DNA of 64,000 nucleotides from an uncultured Faecalibacterium sp. (GTDB lineage Bacteria > Bacillota > Clostridia > Oscillospirales > Ruminococcaceae), in assembly GCA_944385995.1 (NCBI GenBank), contig CALWZL010000001.1, forward strand, positions 46,382-110,381, given 5' to 3'. The position numbers were made by a program, and so were the translations under genes. The first letter of the stretch is position 1. The number at the start of each line of letters is the position of its first letter. Below, one piece after another: positions 37,626-47,908 of the stretch. The notes under the pieces are model-generated. The model worked only from the letters and a program-made list of their open reading frames with translations, was not told where the DNA came from and did no database searches.

Positions 37626-39036
37626 ACCGCTTCAGCCGGTACCGCCGCTTGCAGCTCTCTCCCTTGGGGACGACGATCTGGTCGGCGGCCAGCTGCCGGA
37701 GGAGACTGCGCACCCGCGGCCGGCCGACCCCCAGCAGGGCGGCCAGCTCGGAGGAAGAGGCCTCGGAGCGGTCGGTCAGATGTTCGATGATGGCGGCCTT
37801 TTGGAGGGCGTCACGGGCTGGGGTCTGGATGGCGCTGCCAGGAGGCACGGCCAGGGGCCGGGATGTCATGGACAGGGTCAGGGTGATCCGCTCGGGGTCA
37901 AACTGCTCCCGAATCACCGGGGGAGGCCAGCCCTGGGCGTTCCAGACATTGTAGATGTTGGGCAGGCCGCGGCCGGTGCCGGTGCCGACATCGATCAAAT
38001 TCAGCATCCGGGTGAGGGCGCTGTTGCGGGGGTCGGAGATCCCCCCGCTGATGGCCTCGGAGAGCCCCACCCGGAACCCGCCCGGATTTGTGAAGGCAAT
38101 CCGGTCGGGACAGCGGAGAATCTCGATGCCCTGACGGCTGTAGTAGTCGGCGTTGTCCAGACAGTTGGCCAGGGCTTCTTCCAAAGCGGACCGGATGGGA
38201 CTTTGGGCGAAGCCTTGACAGAGGCGCCGGGATACGATACAGTAAAAATCATAGAGATTCCCGCTCCAATCCCCGGAACCGGACGCCAGCCGGTGGGTGC
38301 AGGGGCCGCTTGGGCCGGCCTGCTCCCGGTAGTCCAGGGAGTAGGATGGGAAAACCTGCCGGATGGCCGGCTCCCGTCCAAACATCAGCAGGCCGGCGGC
38401 GGTGGGACAAAGGGCCTCGCCGGAGGCTTGACCGGCCGCACCAATCCGGCAGAGAAAGGCCGAGTCTGTTTCGTCTGGATGGCCGGGGCGGCAGGCCTGG
38501 ATGCGGGCCCGGTAGCGGCCAAGGCTGTCGGGGTCCAATGCGTCGAGGGAGAGATCTGTCAGCAGGGCCATGTCCTGGGTTTTGACGGCGGCATCCCGCT
38601 GCATGGCCCGGACCTCCTCAGGGGTACAGCGGTAGTCGCCCTCTCCGCTGCGCCGGTAGCTGCCCCACAAGGGGTCTCCCTCGATGTACACAGGCCGGTC
38701 GGTGCGCTGGGCCCGGGGGACCCGAATGACCAGAATTCGCCCGCCGCCGGTTTCCTCGATGGACAGACTGCCGCGGGTCAGGATGTTGACGCTGACCCGA
38801 TTGGGATCGTTGAGAATGGCCCAGAATTCCTCTGCCAGCCGCTGCGGGTTGGGCAGATGCAGGGCGTGGAGGGATTTGTCGGGCAGCTCCTCCACTCCCA
38901 GCAACAGCAGACCGCCCATGGTATTGGCAAAGGCTGAGTAGGTCTCCCACAGGCTTTTGGGAAGGCCGCCCAAAGCCTTTTTGGCCTCGATGCGGTTGTT
39001 TTCGCGGTATTGTTCCAGATGGGCCAGATCGATCAC
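37624..39036 (-). CDS. AlbA_2 (Schlafen-like) domain plus HATPase-like and C-terminal HTH protein
   Basis: ENNRIEAK, SAFANTMGG..LGV, EALAN, NPGG, PRN, GTGRG motifs; C-terminal HTH; GTG start with AGGAGG. Confidence 0.85.
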   Translation of the reverse strand: MIDLAHLEQYRENNRIEAKKALGGLPKSLWETYSAFANTMGGLLLLGVEELPDKSLHALHLPNPQRLAEEFWAILNDPNRVSVNILTRGSLSIEETGGGRILVIRVPRAQRTDRPVYIEGDPLWGSYRRSGEGDYRCTPEEVRAMQRDAAVKTQDMALLTDLSLDALDPDSLGRYRARIQACRPGHPDETDSAFLCRIGAAGQASGEALCPTAAGLLMFGREPAIRQVFPSYSLDYREQAGPSGPCTHRLASGSGDWSGNLYDFYCIVSRRLCQGFAQSPIRSALEEALANCLDNADYYSRQGIEILRCPDRIAFTNPGGFRVGLSEAISGGISDPRNSALTRMLNLIDVGTGTGRGLPNIYNVWNAQGWPPPVIREQFDPERITLTLSMTSRPLAVPPGSAIQTPARDALQKAAIIEHLTDRSEASSSELAALLGVGRPRVRSLLRQLAADQIVVPKGESCKRRYRLKR

Positions 39037-39160
39037 AGGTCAGCCGCCTCCTTGACAGGTCATGGAAATGCTCCGATTGGTATCATAATAACACAGTGCC
39101 GGGAAGGAATCAAACAAAACCATCCCGGCCATACTGACAGGCAAAAAGGAGGACAAGCGG

Positions 39161-40132
39161 ATGTGTACCAGTATCGCAATGCAACAGGGCGGCGGCCTCT
39201 TTGGCCGGAATCTGGACCTGGAATATCCTTTTGGGCAGCAGGTAGCCATCACCCCGCGGCGGTTCCCGCTGACATTCCGGCGTCAGCCGCCGATGGAGCG
39301 GCATTTGGCCATGGCGGGGATGGCGCATGTTGCAAAGGGCTGCCCCCTCTATGCCGAGGCAGTCAATGAGGCCGGTCTCTATATGGCGGGGCTGTATTTC
39401 CCGGGAAATGCCTGGTATCCCGCCGAGGTTCCGGCAGATTTGGATGCGGTGGCCCCCTATGAACTGATTCCCTGGGTGCTGGGACGGTGCGAAACGCTGG
39501 ACCAGGCCAGGGAACAGCTGGCGCGCTTCCGGCCGCTGGGGGTGCCCTTTGCCGATGATCTGCCCCTGGCTCCGCTGCACTGGCATTTGGCGGACCGGAC
39601 CGGTGCGGCCGTCCTGGAGGCCACCCGGGAAGGCGTCCGTCTCTACGACGACCCGGTGGGTGTGCTGACCAACAATCCGCCGTTTCCGTTCCACCAGACC
39701 AATTTGCGGCAGTATCAGGCCCTCAGCCCCCGGCCGCCGGAAAATCACCTGGCGCCCCATCTCCCGCTGGAGCCCTTCGGGCAGGGCTTGGGCGCCTTTG
39801 GACTGCCCGGCGACGCCTCGCCGGCCTCGCGGTATCTGCGGGCGGCGTTTTTGAAACTGCACAGCCCCGACGAGGGGAGCGAAATGGACCGGGTGACCCA
39901 GTTTTTCCATCTTCTGGACGGGGTGGCCATGGTGCGGGGCAGCGTCGTGACCCCGGCGGGCCAGTATGACAGGACACAATATTCCTGCTGCTGTGCCGGC
40001 GGCGTCTATTATTATAAAACCTACGGCAACAGCCGAATCACCGCCATCCGCTGGGCCGGGACGGACCTGGACCGTGACCAGCTGACGGTGTTCCCCCTGC
40101 GTGAAGCGCAGGATGTGCTGTACCAGCTCTGA
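39161..40132 (+). CDS. Choloylglycine hydrolase (bile salt hydrolase / penicillin V acylase family)
   Basis: N-terminal nucleophile M-C-T; FGRNLD, NEAGL, GVLTNNP, GLPGD..SRYLR motifs. Confidence 0.92.
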   Translation: MCTSIAMQQGGGLFGRNLDLEYPFGQQVAITPRRFPLTFRRQPPMERHLAMAGMAHVAKGCPLYAEAVNEAGLYMAGLYFPGNAWYPAEVPADLDAVAPYELIPWVLGRCETLDQAREQLARFRPLGVPFADDLPLAPLHWHLADRTGAAVLEATREGVRLYDDPVGVLTNNPPFPFHQTNLRQYQALSPRPPENHLAPHLPLEPFGQGLGAFGLPGDASPASRYLRAAFLKLHSPDEGSEMDRVTQFFHLLDGVAMVRGSVVTPAGQYDRTQYSCCCAGGVYYYKTYGNSRITAIRWAGTDLDRDQLTVFPLREAQDVLYQL

Positions 40133-40320
40133 ACTTGGACCCGACAAAAAACCCCTGTTCCGCCCTTCCGGGCAGAGCAGGGGTTTGCTATGGGATGAAG
40201 CAGTGCAGAAAGAATCAGGGATGGCCGGTGGTCAAGGGAGAACCCGGCCATGGAAAAACACAGCCCAAAGATACCAGAAGACCCTGGAAGATCAAGACAA
40301 CCAGGTCGAGAAAAAGAAGG

Positions 40321-41034
40321 TTAGCCGCCCAGGTAGGCGGTCTGGACCTTTTCGTTGGTGAGGAGCTCGGCGCCGGTGCCCTCCATAACGATCCGGCCGG
40401 TCTCCAGGACGTAGGCGCGGTCGGCGATGGACAGGGCCATCTGGGCGTTCTGCTCCACCAGAAGGATGGTCATGCCCTCTTTGTGGACGTTCTCAATGAT
40501 GTCGAAGATCTCCTGGACCAGCAGAGGAGACAAACCCATCGAAGGCTCGTCCAGCATCAGCATGGAGGCGTTGCTCATCAGGGCGCGGCCCATGGCCAAC
40601 ATCTGCTGTTCGCCGCCCGAGAGGGTGCCGGCCATCTGGCGGCGCCGCTCCTTCAGACGGGGGAAGAGGGTGAACACCTTCTCCATGTTGGGCGCGATGG
40701 TGCTGCGGTCCTGGGTGTAGCCGCCCATCTCCAGGTTTTCCTCCACCGTCATGTGCAGGAAAACCCGCCGTCCCTCGGGAACCTGGGCCAGGCCCAGCTG
40801 GACGATCTTGTGGGCCCGCATCCCGGAAATGTTCTGGCCTTTGTAGGTGATGGACCCGGTCTTGCTGTGGAGCAGACCCGAAATGGTCTTCAGGTTGGTG
40901 GATTTGCCAGCGCCGTTGGCGCCGATCAGGGTCACGATCTCGCCCTCGTTCACGTGGAAGGAGATGTCCTTGATGGCGTGAATCGCGCCGTAGTAGACGT
41001 TGATGCCGTCAACGTTCAGCATTGTCTGTGCCAT
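40321..41034 (-). CDS. livF: Branched-chain amino acid ABC transporter ATP-binding protein
   Basis: GANGAGKS, VPEGRRVF, LSGGEQQML, DEPSMGL. Confidence 0.95.
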   Translation of the reverse strand: MAQTMLNVDGINVYYGAIHAIKDISFHVNEGEIVTLIGANGAGKSTNLKTISGLLHSKTGSITYKGQNISGMRAHKIVQLGLAQVPEGRRVFLHMTVEENLEMGGYTQDRSTIAPNMEKVFTLFPRLKERRRQMAGTLSGGEQQMLAMGRALMSNASMLMLDEPSMGLSPLLVQEIFDIIENVHKEGMTILLVEQNAQMALSIADRAYVLETGRIVMEGTGAELLTNEKVQTAYLGG

Positions 41035-41037
41035 GGA

Positions 41038-41877
41038 TCAGACCTCCTTCTTGCCAAGGTATGCTTCGATGACCTGGGGATTTTCGCGGATCTCGTCGGG
41101 CGTGCCCTTGGCAATGACGCGGCCGAAGTTCAGCACCGCGATGCCCTCGCAGATGCCCATGACCAGGTTCATATCGTGCTCGATCAGCAGAATCGCGATG
41201 TCGAACTCGTCCCGAATCCGCCGGATGACTTCCATCAGCTCGGCTGTCTCGGAGGGGTTCATGCCGGCGGCCGGCTCGTCCAGCAGCAGCAGCTTGGGAC
41301 GGGTGGCCAGGGCGCGGATGATCTCCAGGCGGCGCTGGGCGCCGTAGGGCAGGCTGCCGGCCTGCTTGCCGGCCAGGTCGGACATGTGGAAGATGTTCAG
41401 CAGTTCGATGGCCTCGTCGGTGGTCCGCTTCTCCTGCTTCCAGTAGCTGGGCAGGCGGATCAGCGCCTCGGGCAGACGGTAGTTCATGGACTGGTGCAGG
41501 CCCACCTTGACGTTGTCAATGACGGTCAGATCCTTGAACAGACGAATGTTCTGGAAGGTGCGGGCCACGCCCATCCGGTTGACCTGGTAGGTCTTTTTGC
41601 CGGCGGTGGGCATGCCGTCCAGCAGGATGGAACCGCGGCTGGGCTGGTAGACGTTGGTCAGCAGGTTGAAAACGGTGGTCTTGCCGGCGCCGTTGGGGCC
41701 GATCAGGCCGGTGATTTCGTTGCGGCCGATCATCAGGTTGAAATCGTCGACGGCGGTCAGGCCGCCGAAATCGATGCCCAGGCCGCGGACATCCAGAACG
41801 GGGCGCTTGTCCTTGTCCCGCTCGGTCAGGAAGCCGCCCGAGGGAATGCTGTGCAGGCTGGTCTTAAACTCACTCAT
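41038..41877 (-). CDS. livG: Branched-chain amino acid ABC transporter ATP-binding protein
   Basis: GPNGAGKT, ARTFQNIRLF, LPYGAQRRLE, EHDM. Confidence 0.95.
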   Translation of the reverse strand: MSEFKTSLHSIPSGGFLTERDKDKRPVLDVRGLGIDFGGLTAVDDFNLMIGRNEITGLIGPNGAGKTTVFNLLTNVYQPSRGSILLDGMPTAGKKTYQVNRMGVARTFQNIRLFKDLTVIDNVKVGLHQSMNYRLPEALIRLPSYWKQEKRTTDEAIELLNIFHMSDLAGKQAGSLPYGAQRRLEIIRALATRPKLLLLDEPAAGMNPSETAELMEVIRRIRDEFDIAILLIEHDMNLVMGICEGIAVLNFGRVIAKGTPDEIRENPQVIEAYLGKKEV

Positions 41878-42895
41878 GATGTGCCTCCTCCTTCGCGCCT
41901 TTGCGGCCGGTGAAGCTGAGGGCCTTGCTGATGATGCGGCTCAGCGAGAAGTCATAGCTGCCCAGCAGTCCGCCGGGACGGAAGATCATCATAAAGATCA
42001 GCACCACCGAGTAGAGCACCATCCGGTAATCGGAGAAGCTGCGCAGGGCCTCGGGCAGGATGGTCAGGACGGTGGCCGACAGGATGGAGCCCAGCATCGA
42101 GCCCATGCCGCCCAGCACCACCATGACCAGAATCTCGATGGACTTCATGAAGTCGAAGCCGGAGGGGTCCAGAACGCCCAGATAACCGGCGTAGAGGCCG
42201 CCGGCCAGACCGGCGAAGGCAGCCGAGAAAGAGAAGGCCATGACCTTGTAGTAGGTGGTCTGGATGCCGCAGCTCTCAGCGGCGATCTCGTTGTCCCGGA
42301 TGGCCAGGACGGCCCGGCCGTGACGGCTCTTGAGCATGGTGTGGATGAAGAAGCAGGTCAGCACCACGCACAGGAACACCGAGAACAGATCGGAATACTT
42401 GGGGATGTTCTTCAGGCCCTTGGCACCGTAGAAGAGGGAAAATCCCAACACGTTGTCGATGTTGTTGAGGGTGATGCGGATGATTTCGCCAAAGCCCAGA
42501 GTCAGGATGGCCAGATAGTCGCCGCTGAGCCGCAGGGCCGGGATGCCGATCAGGATGCCGAACAGGCAGGCCATGGCGGCGCCCAGAATCAGGCCGGCCG
42601 CAAAGGCCACCGGTTCGGGCAGGGTGCTGTACTTGGTGAAGAGGGCGCTGGTGTAGGCGCCCACCGCCATAAAGCCGGCGTGGCCCAGAGGCAGCTGGCC
42701 CAGGTAGCCGGTGGCCACGTTCAGGGAGACGGCCAGGATGATGTTGATGCCCACCAGCAGCAGAACTTTGTTCTGGTAGGTGGACAGGACGTTCTGGCTC
42801 AGCAGCTGGAGAGCCACAAACAGGAGCACCACCAGGATGGTATTGATGAGGTAGCGCACCGGCATTTTCAGTGCGCGATATTTGGAATTGCTCAC
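41870..42895 (-). CDS. livM: Branched-chain amino acid ABC transporter permease
   Basis: GQLPLGHAGF, LRLSGDYLAILTLGF, AIRDNEIAA; GTG start with AAGGAGG. Confidence 0.93.
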   Translation of the reverse strand: MSNSKYRALKMPVRYLINTILVVLLFVALQLLSQNVLSTYQNKVLLLVGINIILAVSLNVATGYLGQLPLGHAGFMAVGAYTSALFTKYSTLPEPVAFAAGLILGAAMACLFGILIGIPALRLSGDYLAILTLGFGEIIRITLNNIDNVLGFSLFYGAKGLKNIPKYSDLFSVFLCVVLTCFFIHTMLKSRHGRAVLAIRDNEIAAESCGIQTTYYKVMAFSFSAAFAGLAGGLYAGYLGVLDPSGFDFMKSIEILVMVVLGGMGSMLGSILSATVLTILPEALRSFSDYRMVLYSVVLIFMMIFRPGGLLGSYDFSLSRIISKALSFTGRKGAKEEAHHE

Positions 42896-42908
42896 AGTCG
42901 AACCCTCC

Positions 42909-43787
42909 TTAAACCTTTTCCTGCACCTGGCGGCCCAGAATACCGGTGGGCTTGACCAGCAGCACAACGATCAGGATGGCGAAGGTGACGGCGTCACGCC
43001 AGGCCGACAGGCCGATGGCCGACACCATGCTCTCGCAGACGCCGATGGCCAGACCGCCGATCATGGCGCCGGGGATGGAGCCGATGCCGCCCAGAACGGC
43101 GGCGACGAAGGCTTTCAGGCCCAGCATCGAGCCCATGGTGGGGGTAGCCTGGGGATAGCTGCAGCAGTACAGCACCGAACCGATGCCGGCCAGGGCCGAG
43201 CCCACGGCGAAGGTGAAGGAAATGGTGCTGTTGACGTTGACGCCCATCAGACGGGCGGCGTCCATGTCCTCCGAGACGGCCCGCATGGCCTTGCCCAGCT
43301 TGGTCTGCTGGACCAGCAGGGTCAGGACGATCATGGACACCACCGTGACGCCCAGGGTCAGGATGGTGGTGAGGCTCAGGTTGACGCTGCCCAGACGGAA
43401 CACCTGGTTGTCAAAGTAGGAGGGAATCACCTTGGCGCCCGAGCCCAGAATCAGTTCGGCGGTGTACTCCAGGAAGAAGGAGACGCCGATGGCGGTGATC
43501 AGCAGGGACAGACGGGGGGCGGAGCGCAGGGGGGTGTAGGCGATCTTTTCAATCACCACGCCCAGCAAAGTACAGGTGATGATGGAGGCACAGACCGCGG
43601 TGACCGGTCCGAGGCCCAGCTGGTTCATGACAAACCAGGACATGTAGGCGCCCACCATGATGATGTCGCCGTGGGCAAAGTTCAGCAGCAGGATGATGCC
43701 GTACACCATGCTGTAGCCCAGTGCGATCAGCGCATAGATGCTGCCCAGCGAAAGGCCGTTGATCAGCTGGCTAAAAAACACTGTCAT
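42909..43787 (-). CDS. livH: Branched-chain amino acid ABC transporter permease
   Basis: YALIALGYSMVYG..NFAHG, GKAMRAV, KAFVAAVLGGIG. Confidence 0.94.
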   Translation of the reverse strand: MTVFFSQLINGLSLGSIYALIALGYSMVYGIILLLNFAHGDIIMVGAYMSWFVMNQLGLGPVTAVCASIITCTLLGVVIEKIAYTPLRSAPRLSLLITAIGVSFFLEYTAELILGSGAKVIPSYFDNQVFRLGSVNLSLTTILTLGVTVVSMIVLTLLVQQTKLGKAMRAVSEDMDAARLMGVNVNSTISFTFAVGSALAGIGSVLYCCSYPQATPTMGSMLGLKAFVAAVLGGIGSIPGAMIGGLAIGVCESMVSAIGLSAWRDAVTFAILIVVLLVKPTGILGRQVQEKV

Positions 43788-43993
43788 CTTTAGCAGTTCC
43801 TTTCTTTTAACGTTGATGCGTGGAATGCAGCGGCTGTCAAAAAGAAATGCGGAGACCATCCGAGCATTTCCTGTTCGAGCGGTCTCCGCACTATACGTTT
43901 TTTATTGCTCCGCAGTATTCCGCAATAAAAACAGGTCACAACGCACACACAAAGCTGCACGCAGGCCCGGCGGACGGGTCTGACGGTGCGGGA

Positions 43994-45235
43994 TTAGTAC
44001 TCCTCGACGAAGACGGCCTCACCGTTCTCGAAGGACAGGATGGCGGCAGTCTTGACGGGGTCGTTGTGGTCATCAAAGGTGAAGGTACCGGTCACGCCCT
44101 CGAAGGTACCATTCTTGATGCCGTCGATGACAGCCTGCTTGTACTCGTCGGTACCTGCCTCCAGGCCGGCATCCTCAGCAGCCTGCAGACCGCCGCAAAT
44201 GGTCATGGCTGCATCGTAGCCCAGGGGAGAGAAGCCGTTGGGGTAGGGCTCGCCGTACTCGGCCTCGTAAGCGCTCTCGAAGTCGGGGTTGGAGCCGGTG
44301 GCGTAGTTGGCGCAGAAGTAGCAGCCATCCAGCTGGTCAGCGGTAGCGTACTGGGTGACGCCGTCCCAGCCGTCGCCGCCCAGGAAGGGAACATCCAGGC
44401 CCACATCGGCAGCCTGGGACAGGATCTGGCCCACATCCTCGTAGTAGTTGGGGCAGTAGACCATGTCGGGGCCGGCAGCCAGGATGGTGGTCAGCTGGGT
44501 GCGGAAGTCCACGTCGCCGGCGGAGTAGGTCTCGGAAGCGACGATCTCGCCGCCGTTGGCAGCGAACTCGGTCTCGAAGTTGGTGGCCAGGCCCTCGTTG
44601 TAGTCGGCGCCCAGCTGATAGATCACGCCGGCCTTCTTGAAGCCCAGCTTGTCGGTGGCGTAGTCAGCCATCTTGATGCCCTGGAACGGGTCGGTGAAGG
44701 TGGTGCGGAAGACGTTGGAATAGACGGTGTCAGTCTCAGCGTCGTAGGTGACAGCCTCAGCGGTAGCGGAAGCGGTGACCATGGGCATGTTGTAGTCCTG
44801 GCTCTCAGCCACGACGGCCAGAGTCGGGGTGGTGGTGACATCGCCGATCAGAGCGGTAATGCCCTCGTCCACCATCTGGGTGAAGCAGGTGACAGCCTGG
44901 GTGGCGTCGCCCTGCTCGTCCATCTCGACGACTTCGATCTGCTTGCCGTTGATGCCGCCGGCCTCATTCAGCTGCTTGATGTACAGGTTGGCGCCGTTGG
45001 CAACGGCGATGCCGTAGACCGACACGTCACCGGTCAGGGGGGCCAGCAGGCCGACCTTGATGGTGTCGCCCGAGGCGGAGCCGGAAGCTGCGCCCGAGGC
45101 AGCAGTGGAGGCGGCAGTGGAGGCGGCAGTGCTGCTGGCGGCACTGGAGGAAGAACCGCAGGCGCTCAGTGCGCCCACAGCGGCAGCAGCGCCCACAACA
45201 GCCAGGAACTGACGGCGGGAAATGCTCGTTTTCAT
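43994..45235 (-). CDS. livK: Branched-chain amino acid ABC transporter substrate-binding lipoprotein
   Basis: RRQFL leader, LSAC lipobox, IKVGLLAPLTG, GGDGWDG, GYDA. Confidence 0.9.
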   Translation of the reverse strand: MKTSISRRQFLAVVGAAAAVGALSACGSSSSAASSTAASTAASTAASGAASGSASGDTIKVGLLAPLTGDVSVYGIAVANGANLYIKQLNEAGGINGKQIEVVEMDEQGDATQAVTCFTQMVDEGITALIGDVTTTPTLAVVAESQDYNMPMVTASATAEAVTYDAETDTVYSNVFRTTFTDPFQGIKMADYATDKLGFKKAGVIYQLGADYNEGLATNFETEFAANGGEIVASETYSAGDVDFRTQLTTILAAGPDMVYCPNYYEDVGQILSQAADVGLDVPFLGGDGWDGVTQYATADQLDGCYFCANYATGSNPDFESAYEAEYGEPYPNGFSPLGYDAAMTICGGLQAAEDAGLEAGTDEYKQAVIDGIKNGTFEGVTGTFTFDDHNDPVKTAAILSFENGEAVFVEEY

Positions 45236-45469
45236 GATAATATCCCTCTTTCTTGCTTGCTTCTTACATCGAGTTGAAAATGAACAAACAAGGGAGCCCC
45301 TTCTCCCATTGAAGCTCCCTTGCTTTGTTATAGTATAATCAACGAAAGCGCCCGCCGCAAGTCACAAACCCGACATAGTTTTTTCATACGTGAGACTTTT
45401 TTATTGTGAACTTTAACAAATTTCACCTACAATTTCCTTGACAGGAATATCTTGCCGGGAAGTGCGGGA

Positions 45470-46864
45470 TCAGGCTTTTTCGCCGGCGAGGGTACCCGCG
45501 GCGTCGGCAGAAGCCGGATCGGCGGCAGCGGCGGTGTTCCGGGCCTTGCCGATGGCCCGCAGGCAGAAGAACAGGGACAGGGCGGTGCCGACGGTCCAGC
45601 CGATGGGCCAGGACAGCCAGATGCCGTCCGAGCCCAGGGCGGTGGCGGACAGGCCGACGGCCAGGGCCACACGGAGGATCAGGTCGGCAAAGGTGGAGAT
45701 CATGAACTGGATCATCAGGGCGCAGCCGCGGAGGACGCCGTCCGATACCAGCTTGACCGATACCAGGAAGTAGAAGGGCGCCACAATCCGCAGGAACAGG
45801 ATACCGGTGTCGATGGCGGTGCCGGTGGGCTCATTCATGAAGAGGAAGAGGAGCTGACGGCCGGCGAAGAAATAGAGGGCAGCCAGCGGCACGCAGAGGG
45901 CCCAGACCAGCTTGACGCCGGCGGCGTAGCCCTGCCGCATCCGGTCGGGCTTGCCGGCGCCCAGGTTCTGGGAGGTGTAGTTGGAGATGCCGTTGGCCAG
46001 GGTGGTGAAGGAGGTGATGACCAGGTTGTTCAGCTTGACCGAAGCCGAGTAGCCGGCGATGACGCTGGCGCCGAAGCTGTTGACCACACTCTGGATCACG
46101 ATGTTGCCCACCGAGATAAAGCTCTGCTGCAGGATGCTGGGGATGGCGATGACCGAGATCTTGCCCAGCATGCTCCAGGAGAACAGGGCGGGCTTGGACT
46201 GGGTGCGGATGGAGATCATCCGCTTGGCCACAACCCACATGGCCAGGATGCAGCTGGCGCCCTGGCACAGGAAGGTAGCCCATGCCACGCCGGCCACACC
46301 CATCTGGAAAGCGGTGACAAAGAGGATGTCCATAAAGATGTTGCTGGTGGAGGAAGCCGCCAGGAACAGGAAGGGCGTCTTGCTGTCGCCCAGAGCCGAG
46401 AAGATGCCGGTGGCCACGTTGTAGAAGAACATGAAGGGGAGGCCCAGGACGTAGATGTCCAGGTAGAGGGCCGAGTCGGCCAGAATCTCGTCGGGGGTGT
46501 TGATGAGTTCCAGCAGGGCGTCGCAGCCCAGCAGACCGATTCCCATCAGGACCACCACCAGGACGGCGCAGCCGATCAAAGAGGTGGTGACGGCGGTCTT
46601 CATGTCCTCGTACTGCTTGGCGCCGAAGAACCGGGAGACGATGACCGAGCAGCCGATGTTGCAGCCAAAGGCAAAGGCGATAAAGATCAGGGTAATTTCG
46701 TAGCTGTTGCCGACGGCAGCCAGGGCGTCCTCGCCGACAAACTTGCCGGCCACCAGGCTGTCCGCAATATTATAAAGCTGTTGAAAGACAATGCTGCCGA
46801 ACATAGGCAGGCAGAACTGCCAGAGCACGGTGGAAGGTTTGCCCACCGTCAAATCCTTATTCAC
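45470..46864 (-). CDS. MATE family efflux transporter
   Basis: DLTVGKP, QQLYNIADS..GK, ALGDSKTP, GVAGVAWAT motifs; GTG start with AAGGAGG. Confidence 0.93.
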   Translation of the reverse strand: MNKDLTVGKPSTVLWQFCLPMFGSIVFQQLYNIADSLVAGKFVGEDALAAVGNSYEITLIFIAFAFGCNIGCSVIVSRFFGAKQYEDMKTAVTTSLIGCAVLVVVLMGIGLLGCDALLELINTPDEILADSALYLDIYVLGLPFMFFYNVATGIFSALGDSKTPFLFLAASSTSNIFMDILFVTAFQMGVAGVAWATFLCQGASCILAMWVVAKRMISIRTQSKPALFSWSMLGKISVIAIPSILQQSFISVGNIVIQSVVNSFGASVIAGYSASVKLNNLVITSFTTLANGISNYTSQNLGAGKPDRMRQGYAAGVKLVWALCVPLAALYFFAGRQLLFLFMNEPTGTAIDTGILFLRIVAPFYFLVSVKLVSDGVLRGCALMIQFMISTFADLILRVALAVGLSATALGSDGIWLSWPIGWTVGTALSLFFCLRAIGKARNTAAAADPASADAAGTLAGEKA

Positions 46865-47007
46865 AAGTGATTCCTCCTTCGAGATGCTGTAGCGGATCGA
46901 GCGGTTGTAATTTCTGCCGAAAGATAGTATACTTTTTTGGACGGCATAAGTAAAATATATGTTTTATATAAAAACTATACCCAAATGAAATGATAAGGAG
47001 GCGGCCC

Positions 47008-47907
47008 ATGTCGGTACCATATGACTACTACCGGATTTTCTACTATGTAGCCAAATACAGGAGCTTCACCCAGGCTGCGGCAGCCCTCCACGGCAGCCAG
47101 CCCAACATCACCCGGACCATCAACCTGTTGGAACAGGAGCTGGGCTGCCGGCTGTTTGAGCGGAGTCACCGGGGGGTGACCCTGACCCCGGAAGGGGAGC
47201 GGCTCTACGCCCACGTCCAGATCATGCAGGAACAGCTGCAGGCCGCCGAGTATGAGCTGGCCAGCCGGCGGAGCCTCCACAGCGGACAGATTGCCATCGG
47301 CGCCAGCGAGACAGCGCTGCATGGCCTGCTGCTGCCGGTGCTGCGGGATTTCAAGCGGCGGTATCCGGGGGTGCGGCTCCAGATCACCAACCATTCCACC
47401 CCCCAGGCCATCGCGGCCCTGCGGTCGGGGCTGGTGGAACTGGCGGTGGTGGGCACCCCTTGCGGAGAACTCACCGTCCCCCTCACCGAACAGCGGCTGC
47501 GGCCCTTCCATGATTTATTGGTGGCGGGACAGGAATATGCCTATCTGGCCGACCGGACCCTCACCTATGAGGAAGTGGCGCAGCTTCCCCTGATTTCCCT
47601 GGGATCCGACAGCTCCACCCACACATTCTATTCCCAGCTCTTTGCCGAGCATGGGGCCATGCTGGAACCCGATGTCCAGACCGCCACCACCGACCAGATT
47701 TTGCCCCTGGTCCGCTATGGGCTGGGTTTGGCCTTTGTCCCCGAGGATTTCGCCCGGGAAGCTCTTGCCAAAAAGGATGTGGTCCAGCTCCGGCTCCAGA
47801 CCCCGCCCCCGGCCCGCTATATCAGCCTGGTCAAGGACAAGAGCCGCCCGCTGAGCGTGGCGGCCATCGAGCTGGAACGGATGCTCCGGGCTGCCTCGGC
47901 CCAGTGA
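47008..47907 (+). CDS. LysR family transcriptional regulator
   Basis: SFTQAA..SQPNITRTI..LE.ELG..LFERS HTH; divergent from the MATE gene; AAGGAGG RBS. Confidence 0.94.
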   Translation: MSVPYDYYRIFYYVAKYRSFTQAAAALHGSQPNITRTINLLEQELGCRLFERSHRGVTLTPEGERLYAHVQIMQEQLQAAEYELASRRSLHSGQIAIGASETALHGLLLPVLRDFKRRYPGVRLQITNHSTPQAIAALRSGLVELAVVGTPCGELTVPLTEQRLRPFHDLLVAGQEYAYLADRTLTYEEVAQLPLISLGSDSSTHTFYSQLFAEHGAMLEPDVQTATTDQILPLVRYGLGLAFVPEDFAREALAKKDVVQLRLQTPPPARYISLVKDKSRPLSVAAIELERMLRAASAQ

Positions 47908-47908
47908 C

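Noticed and set aside
40250-40324. 24-codon ORF after AAGGGAGA between the hydrolase and livF
   Set aside because: Very short, overlaps the livF stop on the opposite strand, and has no recognisable features
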